Below are positions 21,763-31,330 of a DNA stretch of 64,000 nucleotides, piece by piece (position 1 is the stretch's first letter; every line of letters starts with the position of its first letter). The DNA lies in NCBI GenBank assembly GCA_937890575.1, contig CALADZ010000098.1, forward strand, positions 5,594 to 69,593, in the 5' to 3' direction. The notes under the pieces are model-generated. The model did not search any database and had not been told where the DNA came from. It worked only from the letters and a program-made list of their open reading frames with translations. The translations under genes were made by a program, and so were the position numbers. This DNA is from an uncultured Flavobacteriaceae bacterium. GTDB lineage: Bacteria > Bacteroidota > Bacteroidia > Flavobacteriales > Flavobacteriaceae.

Positions 21763-23058
21763 ATGAAGAAATCACTCAAGTTTTGGAATTCACAGTCCCT
21801 AAAAATAGCTCTGTACGGGTTGATGTTTTTCTTGTGCTTCTCCACTCATGCACAAACAAACTCGGTCAAAGAAATAACCGGTAGAGTTATTGACCAGAGA
21901 ACAAAAGAACCCTTAGCGCTGGCCTCTGTTAGGTTGTCCGATGACCAAGGTGCCACGGTAACCAACAAAGATGGACGATTTAGCATCAAAATACCTGTAG
22001 ATAATCCTGGTCAAGAATTACTGATCTCGTTTATGGGTTATGAATCGGCTCGATTGGCCATCAATACCCAACCAGATCCACTACTGATCTCTTTAATCCC
22101 AAGCACCACAATACTTAAAGAGGTGACGGTGAGTGTGCCACAAGACCCAGGTGTTCTCGTGTTAGAGATGCTGAAAAACAGGCAACAACAAGGCACGCAA
22201 CAAAAAAGTCAAGTCATTACTTTTTTCAGAGAGGCGGTACGGAAAAAATCTAAAAACCTATCATTAGCCGAGGCCATTATTGAGGTAGATAAACAACCCA
22301 ATAGCTCCGATAAAAATGATGTAGCTCGCTTGATTCAATTCAGAAAAAGCACCAATTATAAGCCCAACGATACGCTAGCTGTTAAACTTCAAGGCGGCCC
22401 CTACAACACTTTGTTTATCGATATAGCTAAATACCCAGATATCGTATTTGATCCTCAAGCGCTTCAAGCTTATCGATTTACCCATGCTGGATTTACGCAA
22501 ATTGACCAAAAACTAGTGCACATTGTTCATTTTGAACAAAAACAAAATGTCATCACACCACTCTACAGGGGCGAATTGTACATCACCACTCAGGGCAACC
22601 ATTTAGCTAAAGCCATATTTGAGATGAATGTTACCAATAGAGAAGCTGCTGCTTCCTTGTTTGTCAGAAAAAAACCAGCACGCGTAAAATTATGGCCTAC
22701 GTCAGTAAACTATCAGGTAGACTATAGCCCCCAAGGGGAAAGCTGGACCTTCCAATACAGTAAAATGGAGATGAATTTTACCGCCAATTGGAAAAATAAA
22801 TTGTTCAATACTCAATACCAAATATGGGCAGAAATGGCCGTAACCGATCAAAAAAACCCATCATCAACCAATACTATGGACAACACAGACGTGATTAAAC
22901 CTTCTGTTGTTTTAAGTGAATCGACCAAAGGATTTGGAAATCCTGACTTCTGGGGCGAATACACCGTTATTGAGCCTGACCAATCCATTGAAGAAGCTAT
23001 TGAACGCATCATCAGACAATTAAACCGATGGGAGCGAAAAACACCACAAAATGAGTAA
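21763..23058 (+). CDS. carboxypeptidase-regulatory-like domain protein, exported
   Basis: Signal peptide, then ITGRVIDQRTKEPLALASVRL (CarbopepD_reg-like beta-sandwich). Confidence 0.7.
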   Translation: MKKSLKFWNSQSLKIALYGLMFFLCFSTHAQTNSVKEITGRVIDQRTKEPLALASVRLSDDQGATVTNKDGRFSIKIPVDNPGQELLISFMGYESARLAINTQPDPLLISLIPSTTILKEVTVSVPQDPGVLVLEMLKNRQQQGTQQKSQVITFFREAVRKKSKNLSLAEAIIEVDKQPNSSDKNDVARLIQFRKSTNYKPNDTLAVKLQGGPYNTLFIDIAKYPDIVFDPQALQAYRFTHAGFTQIDQKLVHIVHFEQKQNVITPLYRGELYITTQGNHLAKAIFEMNVTNREAAASLFVRKKPARVKLWPTSVNYQVDYSPQGESWTFQYSKMEMNFTANWKNKLFNTQYQIWAEMAVTDQKNPSSTNTMDNTDVIKPSVVLSESTKGFGNPDFWGEYTVIEPDQSIEEAIERIIRQLNRWERKTPQNE

Positions 23059-24109
23059 ACGAAGAAACTTCTTGGGAAATTTAGTCGCATTTTCCCTGAC
23101 TGGTCTTTGGTCGTCAACACTATTGAGTCAAACCAAAATACCTGGTTTAAATTCACCAACCATCAAGCCCAAAAAACCAAAAAATGGTGCTCGAATAGCA
23201 TTAATTGCTCCTGCATTTAACACCTCTTCAGAGAAAATAGATCGCGCTGTAAAGGATTTAACTGAAATGGGGTTTCAGGTTGTTCCCAGTAAATATCTGG
23301 GAGACCGATATGGCTACTTCAGTCAAACAGATCAGCTAAGGGCTCAAGACCTAATGGACGCATTTAAAGATAAAACTATTGAGGCCATAGTTTGTGTTCG
23401 TGGAGGATATGGAACAACAAGGATCTTAGATCAATTGGATTACGCGGCAATTGCCAAGAATCCCAAACCCCTTATTGGGTTCAGCGACATAACCGCCTTG
23501 TTACAAGCCATATACATAAAAACCGGGTTAATTGGATTTCATGGCCCTGTGGGCAGTGCTTTAGAAAAATCATATTCAAAAGCCATGTGGTTGAATTTAT
23601 GGAAACATTCTGGATCAGGATTTTTGATGGATTCTGTGGATCAGGATGAAATTAAGGACCAAAAAAGCAATGAATATCAAAGAATTACGATTACTCCAGG
23701 TCTTGGTCGCGGAAAATTAGTAGGGGGTAGTTTAACACTGATTACATCGTTAATTGGCACGGAGTATGAAATTGACTTTACAGATAAAATCGTCCTCATT
23801 GAAGAAGTTGGTGAAAAACCATATCGGATAGACCGCATGTTGACTCAGTTATTGATGACAGAGACTTTTAAAAAGGCTCAAGGTTATGCACTCGGAGTGT
23901 GGGTTGATTGTGATCAACCAGCGGGTAGTAGAGATGGTTTTAGCCTATATGAAGTACTAAAGGACCGATTGATGCCTACCGAAATTCCTTGTTGTTATGG
24001 AATGTCTTTTGGACATACTCCTTGGAACATGACGCTACCCATTGGAGCAGAAGTAACATTCGATGCACAAAAAGGTCAACTGTACTTGGAGGAGAATATC
24101 TGGTCTTGA
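23051..24109 (+). CDS. S66 LD-carboxypeptidase (LdcA-like) with Tat-like signal
   Basis: IGFSDITAL nucleophile motif and an MSKRRNFLGNL N-terminus. Has an 8-nt overlap with the upstream gene. Confidence 0.85.
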   Translation: MSKRRNFLGNLVAFSLTGLWSSTLLSQTKIPGLNSPTIKPKKPKNGARIALIAPAFNTSSEKIDRAVKDLTEMGFQVVPSKYLGDRYGYFSQTDQLRAQDLMDAFKDKTIEAIVCVRGGYGTTRILDQLDYAAIAKNPKPLIGFSDITALLQAIYIKTGLIGFHGPVGSALEKSYSKAMWLNLWKHSGSGFLMDSVDQDEIKDQKSNEYQRITITPGLGRGKLVGGSLTLITSLIGTEYEIDFTDKIVLIEEVGEKPYRIDRMLTQLLMTETFKKAQGYALGVWVDCDQPAGSRDGFSLYEVLKDRLMPTEIPCCYGMSFGHTPWNMTLPIGAEVTFDAQKGQLYLEENIWS

Positions 24110-24121
24110 TGACATGACCAT

Positions 24122-26317
24122 TTAATTGGCTACTTCACTGATGAACTTTATGCGGTACAACCTGAGTTCTTCATCCTCGTAATCTCCATTAAAATGATTG
24201 CTGGCGAGGCTTATGTCATCGGTCTGCGCCTCAATAAAATAGTCGTGCAACTCCGACTGCTGATCTTCGTCCAATAAATCCTCTAACCAATAATCGATAT
24301 TTAATCGGGTTCCGCTAAATACAATTTGCTCCATTTCTTTGAGCAGCTCATCCATGGTTATTCCTTTTGATCGAGCAATATCATCTAAGGACAATTTTCG
24401 ATCAACTCCTTGAATGATAAATAACTTGAGTGCAGATTTTGCACCCGTACTTTTGACGATCAAATCATCTGGCCGTGTAATGTCATTTTCTTTGACATAT
24501 TCTGCTATCGTGGTGATGAATGGACCCCCAAATTTTTTAGCTTTTCCCTCGCCTACCCCATAAACCTGAGATAACTCTTTCAGGGTCATCGGATATTTTA
24601 ACGCCATATCCTCTAAAGAGGAATCTTGAAAAATAACATAGGTAGGTACCCCGTGTTTTTTGGCCTCTTTTTTCCTCAGATCCTGCAACATAGAAAATAA
24701 TTGCTCATCAGCCGCCGCAGTCCCTTGATTCAATCGTTCCACTAATTCTGAATCATTTTCCAAATAACTGTGATCAACAGTCATCATAAATGATTTGGGT
24801 GACTTAATAAATTCCCTACCCAGGTCAGTTAAATGAACTACCCCGTATTGTTCAATTTCTTTGTGCAATAAACCAGATACGATTGTTTGTCTTAACAAGG
24901 CCATCCAGTATTCTTTGGATTGATCAGATCCAGCCCCGAAAAATGGTTTTAAATGAATTTTATGAGCGACGATGAGCGCATTAGGTTTTCCCATCAACAC
25001 TTTAACCAACTCTTTTGATTTGAATTTTTCAGCCGTTTGAACCACAATATCCAAAAGCCTAAGCACAGAATCTTTAGCCTCTACCTTGGGTTTAGGATTA
25101 GTCGCATTGTCATCCATATCGGCTCCAGGTCCATCTATCTCGTCAAAGATTTCTCCAAAATAGTGAAGCATGAATTTTCTTCTCGACATAGAAGTTTCAG
25201 CGTAAGCGATAACCTCCTGAAGCAATGCCATCCCAATTTCTTGTTCGGCTACTGGCTTACCCGACAAAAACTTCTCCAGTTTTTCCATGTCTTTGGGCGA
25301 ATAAAACGCCAAACAATGACCTTTTCCTCCATCTCTACCCGCACGACCAGTTTCTTGGTAATAACTTTCAATACTTTTGGGCATGTCGTAATGAATGACA
25401 TACCTCACATCTGGTTTGTCAATACCCATACCGAAGGCAATAGTAGCAACGACCACCTCAGCCTCTTCCATCAAGAACATATCCTGATACTTAGACCTAG
25501 TTTTCGCATCAAAACCAGCGTGATAGGGTACAGCGTTTACTCCGTTGACCTGAAGTACTTGAGCCAGCTCTTCTACCCTTTTTCTACTTAAGCAATAAAC
25601 AATACCTGATTGAGCTGGATGTTGTTTGATAAATCGAATCACATCTGCCTCCACTTGTTGGGTTTTTTGCCTTACTTCATAAAAAAGATTGGGTCTATTG
25701 AATGACGACTTGAATACTTTAGCGTCAGACATACCTAAGTTTTTCATGATGTCTTCCTGAACCTTAGGTGTGGCAGTAGCCGTTAATCCAATAACAGGAA
25801 TGCTTGAGTCCAAGCGGTCTATGATCGACTTTAAATTTCGATATTCCGGTCTAAAATCATGCCCCCACTCTGAGATACAATGCGCCTCATCAATAGCGAT
25901 GAAAGAAAGTGGAACTGATTGGAGAAACTGCACATATTCGTCTTTGGTTAACGACTCTGGAGCGACATAAAGCAGTTTGGTTATTCCTTGAACAACATCA
26001 TCCATGACTTTTTTGATCTCTGACTTAGTCAGCGATGAGTTGAGCACATGTGCGACTCCATCGTTATCTGAAACACCGCGTATAGCATCTACCTGATTTT
26101 TCATCAAAGCAATTAAAGGCGATACGACAATGGCCGTTCCTGGGAGCATTAATGCGGGCAGTTGATAGCATAAAGATTTACCTCCACCGGTAGGCATGAT
26201 CACAAACGCATTCTTTTTTTCTAGTAAATGAAGAATTACCTCCTCTTGTCTTCCTTTGAAATGAGCAAAACCAAAATACTTCTGCAATTGCGCACTTAAT
26301 TCCTCCTTGGTAGTCAT
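24122..26317 (-). CDS. recQ: ATP-dependent DNA helicase RecQ
   Basis: MPTGGGKSLCYQLPAL and DEAHCISEWGHDFRPEY, with a C-terminal HRDC-like region. ATG 26317 is preferred; TTG 26347 is possible. Confidence 0.93.
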   Translation of the reverse strand: MTTKEELSAQLQKYFGFAHFKGRQEEVILHLLEKKNAFVIMPTGGGKSLCYQLPALMLPGTAIVVSPLIALMKNQVDAIRGVSDNDGVAHVLNSSLTKSEIKKVMDDVVQGITKLLYVAPESLTKDEYVQFLQSVPLSFIAIDEAHCISEWGHDFRPEYRNLKSIIDRLDSSIPVIGLTATATPKVQEDIMKNLGMSDAKVFKSSFNRPNLFYEVRQKTQQVEADVIRFIKQHPAQSGIVYCLSRKRVEELAQVLQVNGVNAVPYHAGFDAKTRSKYQDMFLMEEAEVVVATIAFGMGIDKPDVRYVIHYDMPKSIESYYQETGRAGRDGGKGHCLAFYSPKDMEKLEKFLSGKPVAEQEIGMALLQEVIAYAETSMSRRKFMLHYFGEIFDEIDGPGADMDDNATNPKPKVEAKDSVLRLLDIVVQTAEKFKSKELVKVLMGKPNALIVAHKIHLKPFFGAGSDQSKEYWMALLRQTIVSGLLHKEIEQYGVVHLTDLGREFIKSPKSFMMTVDHSYLENDSELVERLNQGTAAADEQLFSMLQDLRKKEAKKHGVPTYVIFQDSSLEDMALKYPMTLKELSQVYGVGEGKAKKFGGPFITTIAEYVKENDITRPDDLIVKSTGAKSALKLFIIQGVDRKLSLDDIARSKGITMDELLKEMEQIVFSGTRLNIDYWLEDLLDEDQQSELHDYFIEAQTDDISLASNHFNGDYEDEELRLYRIKFISEVAN

Positions 26318-26383
26318 ATGGGTTACTTGATCTGGTTGGGTGGTCAAACTTCCCTTAAATTAAGCATTTTACTGCAATGATCC

Positions 26384-26417
26384 CCTCCTTTTAAAATAAA
26401 ACACGGAAAAAAGGAGG
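26384..26417. promoter_or_regulatory. 9-bp perfect hairpin in the recQ/kpsF divergent control region
   Basis: CCTCCTTTT (26384-26392) pairs with AAAAGGAGG (26409-26417) across a 16-nt loop. A T-rich tract follows on the + strand. Confidence 0.35.
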
Positions 26418-26432
26418 TTTGTTTTATTTGAT

Positions 26433-26440
26433 TAATTTTG
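26433..26440 (+). promoter_or_regulatory. putative -7 box (TAATTTTG) for the kpsF-tatC-lptB operon
   Basis: Exact TAnnTTTG ending 1 nt before the GTG 26442 candidate start. Confidence 0.4.
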
Positions 26441-26441
26441 T

Positions 26442-27467
26442 GTGACCCAAAAATACATCTGTTTTTTTGGGCATCCAACCAAAATCAATGCGAAATTGAG
26501 CGATTTTCAAGCCATATTGAACAGTGCCCGAAGAACACTTGAATTAGAAAGCCATGCTTTACTCGGGCTCATCCCTCTGTTAGGCGATGAATTTGCTCTG
26601 GCTGTACAACACATTCACCGTTCAAAATCAAGGGTGGTCGTCACTGGAATTGGAAAAAGTGCCGTTATTGGAAACAAAATTGTAGCCACGATGAATTCAA
26701 CGGGTACGCCGGCGTTATTCATGCATGCCGCCGATGCCATACACGGAGATTTAGGATCTATTCAAGATGGTGACAGCATCATCTGTATTTCCAAAAGCGG
26801 GGATACACCAGAAATCAAAGTATTGGTCCCCTTGTTAAAACGAGGAGAAAATAAGTTAATTGCCATAACGGGCAACCCTGATTCCTTTCTGGGGCAACAA
26901 GCAGATTTTGTACTCAATACTTATGTGCCTAAAGAAGCGTGTCCAAACAATTTGGCCCCTACTACAAGTACAACAGCACAATTGGCGATGGGGGATGCAT
27001 TAGCCGTCTGTTTGCTCGAACAAAAGGGATTTAACTCCGAGGACTTTGCCAAATTTCATCCCGGTGGTGCTTTGGGAAAAAAACTATACCTCAGCGTCAA
27101 AGACATTACAGCGCAAAATCAACGACCAGAGGTTCAAATTCACAGTAAAGTCAAAGACGCCATTGTGGAGATATCTCAAAAAATGTTGGGTGTTACGGCA
27201 GTTATGGACGGAGATCAATTGGTCGGGGTAATCACCGATGGTGACATTCGAAGAATGCTAGCTGTACATGACAATATTGGCGGTTTAACCGCACAAGACA
27301 TTATGTCAAAAAATCCGAAAACCATAGATGTGGAATACTTGGCTGTCGATGCTATGTCATTGATGCAAGCCAACAGCATCACACAGCTGATTGCTGTGGA
27401 TAAATCGGGTAGCTATCAGGGAATTGTTCACTTACACAACCTAATTCAGGAAGGAATCACCTCATGA
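26442..27467 (+). CDS. kpsF: KpsF/GutQ-family arabinose-5-phosphate isomerase (start uncertain)
   Basis: SIS domain VVVTGIGKSAVIGNKI plus a C-terminal CBS pair. There is no in-frame ATG near the 5' end; the start is GTG 26442 or TTG 26496. Confidence 0.88.
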   Translation: MTQKYICFFGHPTKINAKLSDFQAILNSARRTLELESHALLGLIPLLGDEFALAVQHIHRSKSRVVVTGIGKSAVIGNKIVATMNSTGTPALFMHAADAIHGDLGSIQDGDSIICISKSGDTPEIKVLVPLLKRGENKLIAITGNPDSFLGQQADFVLNTYVPKEACPNNLAPTTSTTAQLAMGDALAVCLLEQKGFNSEDFAKFHPGGALGKKLYLSVKDITAQNQRPEVQIHSKVKDAIVEISQKMLGVTAVMDGDQLVGVITDGDIRRMLAVHDNIGGLTAQDIMSKNPKTIDVEYLAVDAMSLMQANSITQLIAVDKSGSYQGIVHLHNLIQEGITS

Positions 27468-28300
27468 AGCAAAAAAAAGATGTGAATGAAATGTCCTTCT
27501 TGGATCATTTAGAAGAGTTAAGGTGGCACTTAATTCGCGCTACTGCAGCCGTTGTTATTTTGGGATTTGCCGCTTTTTTGATGAAAGATTTCATTTTTAA
27601 CACCTTGTTATTTGGTCCAAAGCAACCAGACTTTCCGACCTATCGTTTTTTCTGCTTTTTATCTCAAAAATTAGGTTTTGAGGGCGCATTTTGCAGTACT
27701 GAGCCATTGTTCATCCTGCAGAGTCGTGAAATGGCCGGGCAGTTCTCAGCGCACATCTGGACATCCATTTGGGCTGGATTTATCATTGGATTCCCCTATG
27801 TGCTATGGGAAATTTGGCGATTCATCGGACCAGGACTTTACGACAATGAGCGTAAAAATGCGCGAGGATTTATTTTTATCGCTTCCTTCTTATTCTTTCT
27901 AGGCGTCTTGTTTGGCTATTACATAGTTGCTCCGCTTTCCATTAATTTCTTGGGCAGCTACACCGTCAGTGAAGAAGTAACCAATCAAATCGATTTATCC
28001 TCCTACATAGCCATTGTTCGATCTTCTGTAATTGCTTGTGGACTTATTTTTGAATTACCCATTTTGATTTACTTCCTAACCAGAATAGGTTTGGTTACTC
28101 CAGAATTCTTAAAAAAATACCGAAAAGTGGCTTCTGTATTGGTCTTAATAGTCTCTGCTGTAATTACACCGCCAGATGTAGCCAGTCAAATCATTGTTTC
28201 AATCCCCATCTTAATACTCTACGAGGTCAGTATTCATATATCCCGATTTGTTCTTCGGGGCGAACGAAAAAAAGCAGCAAAAAATGGAAAATCCAGTTGA
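27464..28300 (+). CDS. tatC: twin-arginine translocase subunit TatC
   Basis: MSFLDHLEELRWHLIR and six TM segments. ATGA overlap with kpsF. Confidence 0.92.
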   Translation: MKQKKDVNEMSFLDHLEELRWHLIRATAAVVILGFAAFLMKDFIFNTLLFGPKQPDFPTYRFFCFLSQKLGFEGAFCSTEPLFILQSREMAGQFSAHIWTSIWAGFIIGFPYVLWEIWRFIGPGLYDNERKNARGFIFIASFLFFLGVLFGYYIVAPLSINFLGSYTVSEEVTNQIDLSSYIAIVRSSVIACGLIFELPILIYFLTRIGLVTPEFLKKYRKVASVLVLIVSAVITPPDVASQIIVSIPILILYEVSIHISRFVLRGERKKAAKNGKSS

Positions 28301-28637
28301 ATCATTTAATGAGTATCGTTCCAAAATGAACGAAAAGCTGTTGGGTGACCCACAGAGCAAACTGATCAAGCGAATTTTTAACTTGGACACCAATGCGTAT
28401 AGTGAAGGTGCCCTGGACGTGAAGACCAAAGAACTTTTGGGGCTGGTGGCTTCAGCGGTATTGCGCTGTGACGATTGTGTGAAATACCACCTAGAACACG
28501 CCAAAAATGCAGGAGCTCAACACGAGGAAATCATGGAGACTTTGGGTATTGCTACGCTGGTGGGAGGTACCATCGTTGTGCCACACCTGAGACGTGCCTA
28601 TGAGTACTGGGAAGCTTTACAAAATCAACAATCATGA
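28284..28637 (+). CDS. carboxymuconolactone decarboxylase / AhpD-like family protein
   Basis: CDDC (CxxC) within [12 protein letters not shown] 28284 overlaps the tatC end by 17 nt. Confidence 0.8.
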   Translation: MENPVESFNEYRSKMNEKLLGDPQSKLIKRIFNLDTNAYSEGALDVKTKELLGLVASAVLRCDDCVKYHLEHAKNAGAQHEEIMETLGIATLVGGTIVVPHLRRAYEYWEALQNQQS

Positions 28638-29365
28638 AGCTCCGGGCAGAGGAAATCACCAAATCTTACAGAGGAAGAAAAGTGGTTAAAGGTATCTCCC
28701 TCGAGGTTAATCAAGGAGAGATAGTAGGACTTCTGGGCCCAAATGGCGCTGGAAAAACTACTTCGTTTTACATGATCGTTGGATTGATCAAGCCCAATTC
28801 AGGTCACATTTATTTGGATGACAAAGACATCACTACATTTCCGATGTACCGACGTGCTCAGCATGGAATCGGTTACCTCGCTCAAGAAGCTTCGGTCTTC
28901 AGAAAAATGTCGGTAGAGGATAATATTTTAAGCGTATTGGAACTTACCTCTTGGAGTAAACAAGAACAGTTGGCTAAAATGGAAGCGCTGATCGAAGAAT
29001 TTGGTTTAGGACATATCCGAAAAAACAGAGGAGATTTGCTTTCTGGAGGTGAACGCAGAAGGACAGAAATCGCGCGAGCGTTGGCGACTGATCCTAAATT
29101 TATTTTATTGGATGAGCCATTTGCCGGAGTTGACCCGGTGGCAGTAGAAGACATTCAAAAAATTATTGATCAACTGCGGAGCAAGAACATAGGCATTTTA
29201 ATCACCGACCACAACGTCCAGGAAACGCTAGCCATTACTGAACGTTCCTACCTGATGTTTGAAGGTGGGATCCTCAAATCGGGAACTCCGGAAGAACTCG
29301 CTCAGGATGAAATGGTGCGCAAAGTTTACCTGGGACAGAATTTCGAACTCAGGACCAAGAAGTAA
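28634..29365 (+). CDS. lptB: LPS export ABC transporter ATP-binding protein LptB
   Basis: Walker [10 protein letters not shown], signature [15 protein letters not shown], and Walker [13 protein letters not shown]. Confidence 0.92.
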   Translation: MKLRAEEITKSYRGRKVVKGISLEVNQGEIVGLLGPNGAGKTTSFYMIVGLIKPNSGHIYLDDKDITTFPMYRRAQHGIGYLAQEASVFRKMSVEDNILSVLELTSWSKQEQLAKMEALIEEFGLGHIRKNRGDLLSGGERRRTEIARALATDPKFILLDEPFAGVDPVAVEDIQKIIDQLRSKNIGILITDHNVQETLAITERSYLMFEGGILKSGTPEELAQDEMVRKVYLGQNFELRTKK

Positions 29366-30106
29366 TTACTTTTTAAGGGAAAACAATCCACCGATCACCA
29401 GGTAGCCAATCACCCAAAAAAACGGGGCAGACCAACCCAACAGGGGAAGTAACACTATGCTCAACATCAGGAGCATATATTGCTCGGGGTACTTTTTTGG
29501 CGAAAGACCGGACATTTTGAATGAGGGTAAATTTATCGTCGATGTCATGGCCCAAGCAGAAAAAATAGAGACTCCCATCAAAAACCTTGGATCTTCGGCC
29601 CAAAACGCTAAAACACCTTGAGGATCATAGTGTATGGCCAAAGGAATTGACATGATCATCCAAGCGTTGGCCGGTGTTGGTAATCCGATAAATCGAGTGG
29701 TTTGTCTTTGATCGATATTAAATGTAGCCAATCGATAGGCGGCCGCTAATCCCACTAAAAGCGGTATACCTAAAGTGGGTTTATTCCACAAGGTATCCAG
29801 AATGGAGTCTGCATCGTTGGTGTAGACACAGAAGCATGTTTTTTTAAGGGCCAATAACAGCCAAATTGTAGGCACAACACCAAAGCTGACCATATCTGCC
29901 AATGAATCTAGCTGCTTGCCTAAATCACCACTAACCCCTAACCAACGGGCGGCAAAACCATCAAAAAAATCCAACACCATGGCGGCGAGTAAAAATGAAA
30001 CGGCCCATAATGGACGATCGTCAAACAATGCTAAAATGGCCAATATACCCATCGCCAAATTACCTAAAGTAAGGGTGTTTGGCAGGAAAGTTAAGTACTG
30101 CTTCAT
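29366..30106 (-). CDS. pssA: CDP-alcohol phosphatidyltransferase (phosphatidylserine synthase-like)
   Basis: DFFDGFAARWLGVSGDLGKQLDSLADMVSFG, i.e. D(x)2DG(x)2AR...D(x)3D. ATG 30106 is preferred over TTG 30154. Confidence 0.85.
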   Translation of the reverse strand: MKQYLTFLPNTLTLGNLAMGILAILALFDDRPLWAVSFLLAAMVLDFFDGFAARWLGVSGDLGKQLDSLADMVSFGVVPTIWLLLALKKTCFCVYTNDADSILDTLWNKPTLGIPLLVGLAAAYRLATFNIDQRQTTRFIGLPTPANAWMIMSIPLAIHYDPQGVLAFWAEDPRFLMGVSIFSAWAMTSTINLPSFKMSGLSPKKYPEQYMLLMLSIVLLPLLGWSAPFFWVIGYLVIGGLFSLKK

Positions 30107-30175
30107 GGGGTAAATATAGCGTTTTATAGGCTTATTTTCTGAGGTATTTGCCAAAGAAATGACGATATTAGCGGC

Positions 30176-31330
30176 GTGAAAAAACAGTTTATTTTCCTTT
30201 TATTCATTGGATTTTTTTGCCTCCCTTCATGGGCTCAGATGACTGATGTAGGCACCAATACACCTAAACTTCAAGTGAGTTTAATCACTTGTGGTCCGGG
30301 TGCCGAACTCTATGCCAAATTTGGCCACTCCGCCTTGAGAATTCAGGATGAATCGACCGGTCTTGATGTGATTTACAATTACGGATTGTTCGATTTTAAT
30401 GCCCCCAATTTTTATTTAAATTTCGCCAAAGGTAAACTGCGCTACTTTTTAGGAAAACACGAAACTTCAGGTTTTATTCAGGCGTTCACACAGGAAGGCA
30501 GATGGGTCAGAGAACAAGTGCTAGACATAGACCAAGCCACCTCGTATAAACTACTTCAACGCCTGGAACAAAATTATCGACCTGAAAACAGGTTCTACCT
30601 CTACGACTTTTTTTATGCCAATTGTGCCACAAAAATCAGGGACTTATTGCTCGATGTAAGTCAAGGTGCGTTAGTATATCCCTACGCTCAGGAACATTCT
30701 AAAAAAAGTTATCGCGAATTGATCGAAGAAAATCTGCCCCTAAATAGTTGGGGTGGTTGGGGTATCGATCTGGCTTTGGGTTCGATGATTGATCAACCTA
30801 CCAGTAATTTTCAAGCACAGTTCTTACCGGAGTACGCCGCACAACAACTCTCCACTGCCTTGTGGAATGACAGGTCAGCCTTACGACAAGACAGGTACCT
30901 AGCTGAGCCAGAACTGACCTCTCCTACTCCTGGAATAAATCTATGGGGGCCTTTCACCTTGGGGCTTCTCTTGATTTTGATCGTATGGTTTACCCGAACA
31001 AAAATGACGTCTCAACGGTTTACCTGCGGATTATTACACACGTTGAGCGGTGCTGTTGGAGTTGTCTTGATGTTGCTTTGGGCAGCCACTGATCATCAAA
31101 CTACTGCGTGGAATGCCCATCTATTTTGGGCACAACCATGGTTGGTATTTTCACCTTTTTGGATCAATAAGAAACGCGTCCAACGTACGTTAAACATCCT
31201 TGTATTACTGGGTATCTCAATCTGTCTGGTAATTTGGGTGCTAGGAATCCAATCCTTTCATTGGATGATGTTACCTATTTGGTGTGCACTCGGCATGTCC
31301 CAAATACTCATGCTTAAGTCAAATCCATGA
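30176..31330 (+). CDS. DUF4105-like (Lnb N-terminal domain) membrane protein
   Basis: Signal peptide, AKFGHSALRI motif and C-terminal TM segments. GTG start. Confidence 0.7.
   Translation: MKKQFIFLLFIGFFCLPSWAQMTDVGTNTPKLQVSLITCGPGAELYAKFGHSALRIQDESTGLDVIYNYGLFDFNAPNFYLNFAKGKLRYFLGKHETSGFIQAFTQEGRWVREQVLDIDQATSYKLLQRLEQNYRPENRFYLYDFFYANCATKIRDLLLDVSQGALVYPYAQEHSKKSYRELIEENLPLNSWGGWGIDLALGSMIDQPTSNFQAQFLPEYAAQQLSTALWNDRSALRQDRYLAEPELTSPTPGINLWGPFTLGLLLILIVWFTRTKMTSQRFTCGLLHTLSGAVGVVLMLLWAATDHQTTAWNAHLFWAQPWLVFSPFWINKKRVQRTLNILVLLGISICLVIWVLGIQSFHWMMLPIWCALGMSQILMLKSNP

Noticed and set aside
26411-26417. The perfect AAGGAGG as a Shine-Dalgarno site for kpsF.
   Set aside because: It lies 24 nt from the nearest candidate start (GTG 26442) and upstream of the predicted -7 box, so it would probably not be in the mRNA. 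It is better explained as one arm of the 9-bp hairpin.
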